Sequence record: ON287376.1
From: Serratia phage vB_SmaM-Kodama
Direction: 5' to 3' (one strand)
DNA: 40,000 nt
This document shows positions 26,683 to 34,509 of the stretch, piece by piece; position 1 is the stretch's first letter, and every line of letters begins with the position of its first letter. The position numbers were made by a program, and so were the translations under genes. The notes under the pieces are model-generated. The model was given only the letters and a program-made list of their open reading frames with translations. It was not told the origin of the DNA and made no database searches.

Positions 26683-27383
26683 TGGATCGCGTTAAGATAC
26701 TACTCAGTATGGACGATCTCTTTGATACTCGACTTTCAACGGCATTGCGGTTGAATCAGAAGAAGGGTATTAACCTGATTAAAAACGGATATGGACGCCG
26801 GCGTGGTGACTGGGTAATTTGGGAAGGTCTGGGGATTACTGAAGACCAGTGGCGAGCAGCTTACGCTAATCGCGATAACGAAACGCTTAAACGTTCAATC
26901 CGTTCTAAGTTAGTTAACGTTATACTGGAAGTTGCACTGGATGCAGATAAAGGGCCAAGGAACGAGATTTCAAAATCCAATATGGAGATTGTAATTAACG
27001 AGTGGCCTTATTCCATGACGTCGAAAGTGAAAGCAGACTTCGTTAAGATGTTCTCTCACTTAGTTCCGCCAAATATCCCTGTCGGATTTATTAGAAGAGC
27101 CCCAAAGTTACTTACGCCCAAGTTTGTAACTGAGAGCTTCACCCACTTCATCAACTACGACATGATCAATTGGATTGATCTTCATTTGCAAACGGAAGAA
27201 GATTGCAACATGTTGAAACTGGAGTTGATTGGACCTCAGCTGTTCCAGTGTAAGCCGGACGTAGAAGACTTCGCTTTGTTTAAGGGTGTTATTGATGACG
27301 TTCACCGATTGGCTGAGCAATATGTTAGCCCGTCCATGTCAGTGCGCTATATTAGCACTGAGTACTTCAACACGCCGTTTTAA
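26682..27383 (+). CDS. hypothetical protein (233 aa)
   Basis: TAATG overlap with the preceding stop; terminator follows. Confidence 0.6.
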   Translation: MDRVKILLSMDDLFDTRLSTALRLNQKKGINLIKNGYGRRRGDWVIWEGLGITEDQWRAAYANRDNETLKRSIRSKLVNVILEVALDADKGPRNEISKSNMEIVINEWPYSMTSKVKADFVKMFSHLVPPNIPVGFIRRAPKLLTPKFVTESFTHFINYDMINWIDLHLQTEEDCNMLKLELIGPQLFQCKPDVEDFALFKGVIDDVHRLAEQYVSPSMSVRYISTEYFNTPF

Positions 27384-27390
27384 CGTCATA

Positions 27391-27420
27391 GGTGGAGGGA
27401 AGTTACCCTCCACCCTTGTT
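27391..27420. terminator. terminator-like hairpin at convergent junction
   Basis: ggtggaggg-aagtta-ccctccacc. Confidence 0.65.
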
Positions 27421-27931
27421 AGCCTTTACGCAGGTCTTCGTGAGCGTTTTCCATACGTTCAAAGAACTCGGAGGAACTTTCCTCTTTCTTATCGATGACC
27501 AATTCAGAGTCATCAATATCGTCAAACTCGGCTGCCATGTTCAGGGAGAAGACTTTATCGTCTCGAGTAGGCTTACCTGCATACATCGACTCGATTGGAG
27601 TTTCGCCACGTACAACGCGAGTAGACATCTCTTCCAGCAAGTGAGCAATACGCTCGTCGTTCTCGTTGGCTTTGTCAGCCACCTGAATACGTTTCTTGCC
27701 GATGACCTGTTTATCGATACCGTCGAGCAGTTTACTGAGGCTGTTGATAGAGTCTTTATCCGTAGGGACTTTACCATCCGTCACCAACTGATTTACCGCC
27801 ATCATACGGATACTCTGCGTAAACTCTAAACGATCATCGTCGTTACCAGGGAAACCCTCAGCGACACGAGAAGATTGGAATTCCCCTTCCTTCACCTCTT
27901 CGAAGGTTTCAACCTTTTCATATCCAGACAT
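27419..27931 (-). CDS. acidic hypothetical protein (170 aa)
   Basis: GGAG RBS 9 nt upstream of ATG at 27931 (track start 27943 lacks this support). Confidence 0.55.
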   Translation of the reverse strand: MSGYEKVETFEEVKEGEFQSSRVAEGFPGNDDDRLEFTQSIRMMAVNQLVTDGKVPTDKDSINSLSKLLDGIDKQVIGKKRIQVADKANENDERIAHLLEEMSTRVVRGETPIESMYAGKPTRDDKVFSLNMAAEFDDIDDSELVIDKKEESSSEFFERMENAHEDLRKG

Positions 27932-27956
27932 AGTCAGCTCCATTTTTATTTAAACA

Positions 27957-27964
27957 TATATTAC
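27957..27964 (+). promoter_or_regulatory. candidate phiKZ-type early promoter element TATATTAC
   Basis: Exact TATATTAC in AT-rich divergent intergenic region, 42 nt upstream of ATG 28006; matches the early consensus described for phiKZ. Confidence 0.4.
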
Positions 27965-28005
27965 ATTAATGATAGGCATATTAAATCTAAAGCGAGGAAA
28001 CTGTT

Positions 28006-28518
28006 ATGTTTTCGTTCATCAACGAGTTCATGCGTAAACGTAAGGTGAAGAAGGCCTTGTCACTGCTGAGCTCCCCAGAAGGAGAAATTGAATTTGAACC
28101 AGAAACTATCCGTGTTGTATTTGAAGCTGTATCCGCTACACTCGATGAGTCACAAAACGGGTTAAGCATTTATGGCACCCTTATCCAGATGCACCATGAA
28201 CCTGAGTTCTTGCTGGAGAAGTTGGCTGTTGCTAACGACGCTATTCTCAATGCAGAAGAGTTCGAGCACTTCAGTCGACTGAGTAAGTTCAACAAGTTTG
28301 AGCTCAGAACATGGCTTGTGGATAGTGAAAAGAACCGTCTTGATTATTATGCTTTTATTAAGGCGATAACAACGATGGTGCAGGTCAACGTAGAATATTT
28401 AGATGAGGTAAAAGACCGAGTCAATAAAGTTCGCTATCGCGTGTATCTTGATTTATTATACACAATTCATTGCGATTGTTTAACGTTGGCTGAACTGCAC
28501 TTACGTAAATACGGTTAA
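28006..28518 (+). CDS. hypothetical protein (170 aa)
   Basis: RBS gaggaaactgtt-ATG. Confidence 0.6.
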   Translation: MFSFINEFMRKRKVKKALSLLSSPEGEIEFEPETIRVVFEAVSATLDESQNGLSIYGTLIQMHHEPEFLLEKLAVANDAILNAEEFEHFSRLSKFNKFELRTWLVDSEKNRLDYYAFIKAITTMVQVNVEYLDEVKDRVNKVRYRVYLDLLYTIHCDCLTLAELHLRKYG

Positions 28519-28536
28519 TTTTAAAAGGTATTATAC

Positions 28537-29295
28537 ATGCGTCCTGGACTGCCCCTCCGGTTTCGCACGGCTGAAGAAACTCACCGGATCTCTGACCATG
28601 AATACAGCGGACCAATGAATCTGCTGGCGTTGATGTTCAGGAAGGTCAAAGGTGATCTCGCGATTAACTCAGCTATGTGGTCTAACCTCATGAACCGGTA
28701 TCTTAAAGATCCCCGTAATGAGGTGACACAAACATCTCGTGGTCGTTCATCCGAACGGTCTAACCTTAATCGTGGTTTGACTCACCCTGAGATGTCCATC
28801 AAGGTTTTCATAAAGGGATTGAGAGTGCTGAATCCAAAGCACTTGAAGTTCACTATCCTCTTAGTTCATTTGGACGGGTCTAAGACCTCCCATAAAGTAG
28901 AGATGGATCCAGAAGACCTGTACCAGCATTACCACAATGAAAAATACCCAACGCGTTTAAACGTACTTCATCAGTTGTTCCTTGATATCCGTAAGACGGT
29001 AACGCCGACTGAGGAAGATTGGAATCGCGCCATGAAATCCTATCTGGAAGACCCCGGTAATGATTTCGATGATAAAAACAAGTTGCGTAGTAGTGAGAGG
29101 TCGAATGTCAATCGCGGGCTAAATAACCCAGACATGTCCTCTAAAATCTTTACCAAGGGTTTGAAGGTTATTAACCCGGCCCAGATTTACTTCACGTTGG
29201 AACTCGAATTCCCCGGCGAACAGATTACTCACCACGAAGTAAGAATGGAAGGTAATCATCTGTACATCGCAGGCGGTGACGAGCAGGACGACTGA
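28537..29295 (+). CDS. hypothetical protein with two tandem ~102 aa homologous domains (252 aa)
   Basis: NLLALMF...MNRYLKDP...GRSSERSNLNRGLTHPEMSIKVFIKGLRVLNP... aligned with NVLHQLF...MKSYLEDP...LRSSERSNVNRGLNNPDMSSKIFTKGLKVINP.... Confidence 0.75.
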   Translation: MRPGLPLRFRTAEETHRISDHEYSGPMNLLALMFRKVKGDLAINSAMWSNLMNRYLKDPRNEVTQTSRGRSSERSNLNRGLTHPEMSIKVFIKGLRVLNPKHLKFTILLVHLDGSKTSHKVEMDPEDLYQHYHNEKYPTRLNVLHQLFLDIRKTVTPTEEDWNRAMKSYLEDPGNDFDDKNKLRSSERSNVNRGLNNPDMSSKIFTKGLKVINPAQIYFTLELEFPGEQITHHEVRMEGNHLYIAGGDEQDD

Positions 29296-29302
29296 GAAAT
29301 AC

Positions 29303-29326
29303 AAGAGGGGCGAAAGCCTCTCTTTA
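29303..29326 (+). terminator. intrinsic terminator
   Basis: aagaggggc-gaaa-gcctctctt. Confidence 0.65.
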
Positions 29327-29384
29327 TTCTGTCCTTTATTGGATTGAACTCGTTTCCTATGCACTTACAACGAGGACTATTCCG

Positions 29385-29639
29385 ATGGCTAAAGCTTTCA
29401 ATACCAAAGCCTTAATGGATGATGTTTACGCGCAAGTGGATTCTTTCATGGAAACTAACCCTACGAAAGCCGACACTGCAGAATTCATGGAAAGAATCGT
29501 TAAACAAATCATGTCTACTCTAGCCAGTCGAGAAGAGAAGATTAAGGCAATCGCTGATACGTTCAGTCACGCATTAGCGCAACGACAAAAGGCAACAGGG
29601 TTCCGAGGTTTCATCACTCGGTTATTATCAAGGGAGTAA
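29385..29639 (+). CDS. hypothetical protein (84 aa)
   Basis: Short ORF, closely spaced with the following gene. Confidence 0.5.
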   Translation: MAKAFNTKALMDDVYAQVDSFMETNPTKADTAEFMERIVKQIMSTLASREEKIKAIADTFSHALAQRQKATGFRGFITRLLSRE

Positions 29640-29642
29640 ATA

Positions 29643-30713
29643 ATGGCCCTTAGCATAGACGCTTTCAAAAATACGGTAAAGGATAGTGCGGGTGAAGTCA
29701 GGGATACAGTCCAGACATCCTCCTCCATCTTTTCCACATCAGTAAACGACAGTATGGTGGCCGTCGACGGCTACGGTAAAACCCAAGAGCAAGTTCTCAG
29801 TAACATGCGCAATGGTATCTTGGATCGACTGGGCGCAACCAAAGACTGGTTGTTGAACACGAAGATCTTTGACCTGGGGTCGTTGAATGATGCCTTGACT
29901 TCGGCTAAAGGAATCAAGGATGACGCGACGGCGTTAACTAAACAGCTGTCGGATGAGATTGGTACTAACATCAATAGCATCCGTGGGATTAGCGATAATG
30001 TTATCTCTACAGCTACCAGTACACTAAACGAAATCAACCAGTCAGTAAACGATACGTTCAGTACTATCAATGGCGTGAAGTATGACGTCACTGCCGGTAC
30101 TTACGGTAACGTCGTTAATGACTTCATCAACTCAGTTAACCGTTTGCTGTACGATGGTAAACAAACCTACGAAAATATCGTGGATAAGTTTGCCAATGAT
30201 TCTCTGAAAGGAAGTATCCTTGAGAACTCATCTTCTCTGGGATTGACCAACATCATCGATGGCGTTTACCAATCAGATCCAGGTAACCCTATCCTGATGC
30301 GGTCATTGTCTAACGGGCTTGAAGAAGCTCTGTTGACAGGCGACATTCGGACGATCAATTCCATCGTCCATAACCTGGGCGCCAATTACGTCATGGTAAG
30401 GCACCCTAACATCATTCGGGATATTCTGACCAACTATACTTATCCGGTAGGCACAACGCCTAACGAGTATAAGGCTGAGGCTGACGTTCTCATTGATACG
30501 CTCAACTTCCTCAATCCAGATTGGAACAAAGCAGTCGGAGCACCTTACCTGAATCGTAACATCTCGGTCTTCCGTGATGCATCGACGAAAGCAAAGGCGG
30601 TATTGATTTCAAGACCTGAGTACGCGTACCAGATTAAAATTGCTGATCGCTACCCATCTCAAGATATCAATTCGATTGCACGCACAATGTACCCAATGGG
30701 TGCTTTTAGTTAA
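29643..30713 (+). CDS. hypothetical protein, possible virion protein (356 aa)
   Basis: RBS agggag upstream; amphipathic helical N-terminus. Confidence 0.6.
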   Translation: MALSIDAFKNTVKDSAGEVRDTVQTSSSIFSTSVNDSMVAVDGYGKTQEQVLSNMRNGILDRLGATKDWLLNTKIFDLGSLNDALTSAKGIKDDATALTKQLSDEIGTNINSIRGISDNVISTATSTLNEINQSVNDTFSTINGVKYDVTAGTYGNVVNDFINSVNRLLYDGKQTYENIVDKFANDSLKGSILENSSSLGLTNIIDGVYQSDPGNPILMRSLSNGLEEALLTGDIRTINSIVHNLGANYVMVRHPNIIRDILTNYTYPVGTTPNEYKAEADVLIDTLNFLNPDWNKAVGAPYLNRNISVFRDASTKAKAVLISRPEYAYQIKIADRYPSQDINSIARTMYPMGAFS

Positions 30714-30775
30714 TAGATCCCTCCTCCTGTTTGGGAGGAGGGGTATGTCGAGTTATTACCTAAAAGGAGTTATTC

Positions 30776-31372
30776 ATGAAAGCTTTTGAAGATTTAACTA
30801 ATAAGCAATACGGTCGTTTAACTGTGGTTGGATTGTCAGGTATGTCAGGACACTCCAGATGGAAGTGTATCTGCTCCTGTGGCGTTATTACTTATTCATG
30901 CACCGGTAACTTGGTTTCCGGTAGAAAACAGTCCTGTGGCTGTCTGAAGGTCGAGAAAGCCCGTGCTCAGCATAAAGGTACCGGTAAAAAGAAAAACGGA
31001 GATTATACTTGGACTGCCTGGTATAACCTAATCTATAATCGCACCTTCAACGCTGCAGAAGGTAATGGTATTGAGCAGGTCGATCCTCGTTGGTTGGAAT
31101 ACCAAAACTTCAAAGAAGATTTAGGCGAGAAGCCAGGTAAGGGATATTACCTACATCGCATCGACGCCAATAAACCTTACAACAAGGATAACTGTAAGTG
31201 GAGTAAGATGCCTACCGGTAAACGTAAAGTCTTTTACTACAATACCAAACACAAGCACCCGGATACCAATGAAACGGTGGCTCAACTTTCCCGTAGACTA
31301 GATATCTCTACTGGAACTATTTACGGCAGACTCCGCCGCGGGTTGTCAATTTTAGAAGCAATTGAAAAGTAA
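30776..31372 (+). CDS. HNH-like homing endonuclease with N-terminal Cys cluster and C-terminal HTH (198 aa)
   Basis: F.DLTNKQYGRLTVVG...WKCICSCG...SGRKQSCGCLK; DPRWLEYQNFKEDLGEKPGKGYYLHRIDANKPYNKDNCKW; TVAQLSRRLDISTGTIYGRL. Confidence 0.7.
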   Translation: MKAFEDLTNKQYGRLTVVGLSGMSGHSRWKCICSCGVITYSCTGNLVSGRKQSCGCLKVEKARAQHKGTGKKKNGDYTWTAWYNLIYNRTFNAAEGNGIEQVDPRWLEYQNFKEDLGEKPGKGYYLHRIDANKPYNKDNCKWSKMPTGKRKVFYYNTKHKHPDTNETVAQLSRRLDISTGTIYGRLRRGLSILEAIEK

Positions 31373-31384
31373 AAGGAGAATGTC

Positions 31385-31780
31385 ATGGAACCAGGTGTTA
31401 TCACTGTCCATTATAACACGTTGGAAGATGGCGATCAGAAGGTCTTGTTCAAACCGATCGATTCTTTGTTGAGTATCAAGGAAGGGTGCGAATATGTAGT
31501 CGCGTCCATTGTCTGCGACGATTCTGATCGTGGAGGGATTTGTGGCGTATTCCGGATCGATGAGCGTAAGAACTTCCCTACCAAGTATTGCGTAAACTAC
31601 ATCCACAGACACCTTATCGAAAAGGTCGTTCAGGGTGCAGGGGAAGATGCTCAACTGGCGTGCTTCTATTTAAAGATACTCAGCCGCATTGGCGACACAA
31701 TTCACGTCGTCGACTATTTCGGTGAAGAGAAGTTTTTCACCATTCGTCCAGAAGGCCTTTATAAACCATCCATTCATTGA
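31385..31780 (+). CDS. hypothetical protein (131 aa)
   Basis: RBS aaggagaatgtc-ATG. Confidence 0.55.
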   Translation: MEPGVITVHYNTLEDGDQKVLFKPIDSLLSIKEGCEYVVASIVCDDSDRGGICGVFRIDERKNFPTKYCVNYIHRHLIEKVVQGAGEDAQLACFYLKILSRIGDTIHVVDYFGEEKFFTIRPEGLYKPSIH

Positions 31781-31791
31781 TAGGGGGAGTC

Positions 31792-32235
31792 GTGAATAGT
31801 TTCGTAGCAGATATTTTAAAGAAATCCAATAAACTCCAACAAGAGAAATTCAACGATAAAGTCGCACGTTCATCTTACGTTGAGTGGAGTAAGTTACTCG
31901 ACAAGTTCTCGAAGGAGACACACAAGCCTTGGTTGGAATCCTACGATATCTTCTTAATGGATAACGGAGAGCCGCCAAGTAATCACTACAGACTAGCTCG
32001 TCTAGATAACCAACGTCCATTCGAACCAGGGAACGTTATCTGGATTGGACCTAAAGGCGCACAGTACAGTAAGAACCGTCCTTACAGTCACCGTAGTAAT
32101 TCTAAACGGGTTGAGTGGGAAGGTGTTCTCTATACCGTTCCTGAATTCGCCGCCAAGTTCGGTTTATCTGCGCATACCGTCTATTGGCGTATGCGTCACT
32201 GGCCTAAGAAAGATTGGGCTGGTCGTGTCTCCTGA
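31792..32235 (+). CDS. second HNH/homing-endonuclease-like protein (147 aa), GTG start
   Basis: PSNHYRLARLDNQRPFEPGNVIWIGPKGAQYSKNRP resembles the RIDN..Y.p.NcrW..p...N motif; C-terminal HTH TVPEFAAKFGLSAHTVYWRMR. RBS aggggga precedes GTG 31792. Confidence 0.5.
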   Translation: MNSFVADILKKSNKLQQEKFNDKVARSSYVEWSKLLDKFSKETHKPWLESYDIFLMDNGEPPSNHYRLARLDNQRPFEPGNVIWIGPKGAQYSKNRPYSHRSNSKRVEWEGVLYTVPEFAAKFGLSAHTVYWRMRHWPKKDWAGRVS

Positions 32236-32247
32236 AAAGGGGACACA

Positions 32248-32279
32248 AAGAAAGGGCATTGCGCCCTTTCTTTTTTTTT
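32248..32279 (+). terminator. intrinsic terminator
   Basis: aagaaagggc-attgc-gccctttctt followed by a 9-10 T tract. Confidence 0.9.
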
Positions 32280-32285
32280 GTGTTT

Positions 32286-34454
32286 TTACAGACCACGATC
32301 GGTTCGTGACAACGCAGAAAGCAAAGACCCTACTCGGTTACCCGAGAAGATGGTGTTCACTACGTTGCTGTACGAGAAGAACTTATCAAATGCTGCCAGG
32401 TTACGGTTCCAGTTACGTTTGAAACGACTTAGCATGTAGACCTGAGTCTGCAAGTCCAGGCTAGAGAGAACGCTCGTATAAGACCCGTAGGAAGAATCCT
32501 GAGGGAAGAGCATACGACTCCAGTTGGTTGGGTCGAAACTACGCAGACCGAACGCCTCGTTCATTGGCATCGACATTACTGAAGAAAGATCAGTAATAGT
32601 CAATCGAACATCTACGCCCAGGTATTCGCCGTTCTGAGTCCAAGGCATATTAGACGTAGCACGAGTAATATCTACCGCAGTGATCATCCCTAACGGAATA
32701 GAACACCGACCTTGGCAATAGAACTCACCAATGAATGGTTGACCGTAAGTAGCAGCACCCGTTGCACGAGGCAGAACACCGCAAAGCAACATGACCAGTG
32801 GTAAGATCTCATTCTGGAAACGAACCACGTTGTCAGCGCACCACGCCCTCAGAGGAATCGTAATCGACATCTGGTTAAACGTAGCACTAGACGTATCGTA
32901 GTGTTTAGGGATATCAGCAAATGCGTTACCTGCCAGTACACCCAACCCGGAGATATGCAAGGAGTCAGCAACACCCGAGACAATATCCTTCATCGTATCC
33001 ATGATCATCCCAATACCTGGAATGTCAGAGAAGTTACCGTCAGCAAATTTGAACCGCATGGAGCGAGCACGTTCAGACGTGGAGTTGATTGCAGATTCCA
33101 AGTCAGAAGCACGTACGGAGTTACTGAAACTTTCGTTAGCTGATTGACGACCGTCGATACGGAAACTCACCCACTGCGTACCATCGTGCTGTGCAGCCTT
33201 AAAGGTAGCCCAGGCGCGTTCTAAGGTATCGCTTGAGAAGTAGTCCTTAACAGACTCATAAGCTGCCTCAATGCTGTTCCCTAACGATTCCATCATACCC
33301 GGATCATTGACCGGGTTTCCGTTCTCGTCAGTTGCAGTTACCGGAGCTGTGGTATCGATAGTTGCTTCACCGCCACTGGTAGGAGCAGCAGTGTTAGCTG
33401 TTGTGTCCCCACTAGCGCCACCGGTAGAAACAGTAACAACCGGACGAAGCTGACCATCGGATTCCTTAAAGTAGGCATCCAGGAAATCTTCAGTAGTTGC
33501 GTACTCTTTACGACGAGCTCGACCCAGTGTCGCACTAGCGCCACCGAATGTCATCCAGTTATAGATAGCACCCACTACGCCGTTACCGTTGCTCTGGTTA
33601 TTAGCAGCAATCTGGTTAACTGCGTTATGCCAAGCATCTGCATAAGCCTGAGCACGAGAAGCCACAGCGTATACGTCGATACCTGTCAGGCCTTCACTAC
33701 GATAGACTGGAGGAATCATGGCGTCGTATGCTTGGCGTTCCCTTGCACCTACTTGGAAAGCATTCTTAGCAGCCGCTTCGAGGCTACCTGTACCGGGGTC
33801 AGTTTCCATCCCTGCAGTACCGTTCAGGTCAGCGGTGTTAGCCAACTGCAGCCATGCGTCAGCAGGCTGAGCAACCATGTCCAGGTTAGTACCGATGGTG
33901 TTAGCGAAGTCGTTAACATATTTCCAGTACAAACCCATTTCAGGCTTCAGGTAATAGAACTTAGTCGAAACTGTACCGGAGAACCATTTCAGTGCTGAGA
34001 AAGTAAGGATGTACGGAACAAACCTTACAGAGAATGCCCAGCCCAATGCTTTACCGATCAAAGTACCGATACTCTGACCGCGACCAGTACGAACCAGTCG
34101 AGAATCATCTGAGCTATAGAAGTTCGAGAAGAACGAGCTCAGGGAGTTAAAGATTGGAATACCGAAGCGCATGTGTAACAACACGGCGTTGTCATCGATA
34201 TTCTCAGAATAGAAGTGTCCCATCCCTTCGCCGATATCGACGTAGCGTTTAAGGATCGGGTCGCCGTGGTTACAATACTGCGGCGGAGCATTGATGGCAA
34301 AGTTACCACCCATGGTTGTATCGGTGTACTTGTAATAGGCACTGGTGAATGTGCGATAATACATATCGTCCTCTTCGATAGCACCTTCAGGGAGTAGCAA
34401 TCCCTGTCGTATCCAATCGCTATCGCTGATAACGTCGCTATTAACTTGGGCCAT
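32286..34454 (-). CDS. putative virion structural protein (722 aa)
   Basis: Large ORF paired with the 1802 aa virion-type gene on the minus strand. Confidence 0.65.
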   Translation of the reverse strand: MAQVNSDVISDSDWIRQGLLLPEGAIEEDDMYYRTFTSAYYKYTDTTMGGNFAINAPPQYCNHGDPILKRYVDIGEGMGHFYSENIDDNAVLLHMRFGIPIFNSLSSFFSNFYSSDDSRLVRTGRGQSIGTLIGKALGWAFSVRFVPYILTFSALKWFSGTVSTKFYYLKPEMGLYWKYVNDFANTIGTNLDMVAQPADAWLQLANTADLNGTAGMETDPGTGSLEAAAKNAFQVGARERQAYDAMIPPVYRSEGLTGIDVYAVASRAQAYADAWHNAVNQIAANNQSNGNGVVGAIYNWMTFGGASATLGRARRKEYATTEDFLDAYFKESDGQLRPVVTVSTGGASGDTTANTAAPTSGGEATIDTTAPVTATDENGNPVNDPGMMESLGNSIEAAYESVKDYFSSDTLERAWATFKAAQHDGTQWVSFRIDGRQSANESFSNSVRASDLESAINSTSERARSMRFKFADGNFSDIPGIGMIMDTMKDIVSGVADSLHISGLGVLAGNAFADIPKHYDTSSATFNQMSITIPLRAWCADNVVRFQNEILPLVMLLCGVLPRATGAATYGQPFIGEFYCQGRCSIPLGMITAVDITRATSNMPWTQNGEYLGVDVRLTITDLSSVMSMPMNEAFGLRSFDPTNWSRMLFPQDSSYGSYTSVLSSLDLQTQVYMLSRFKRNWNRNLAAFDKFFSYSNVVNTIFSGNRVGSLLSALSRTDRGL

Positions 34455-34468
34455 TTTAAGTCCTCGAT

Positions 34469-34499
34469 GAAAAAGGTGGGAGAGGAGTTACCCTCTCCC
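34469..34499 (-). terminator. intrinsic terminator for the 1802 aa gene
   Basis: Minus strand gggagagg-gtaact-cctctccc followed by acctttttc. Confidence 0.7.
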
Positions 34500-34509
34500 A
34501 ATTATTAGA

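Noticed and set aside
30719-30742. Hairpin ccctcctcc-...-ggaggaggg after the 356 aa gene as a terminator
   Set aside because: Stem is good but no T-tract follows (ggtatgtcg); could be a terminator or RNA structure, left unclaimed.
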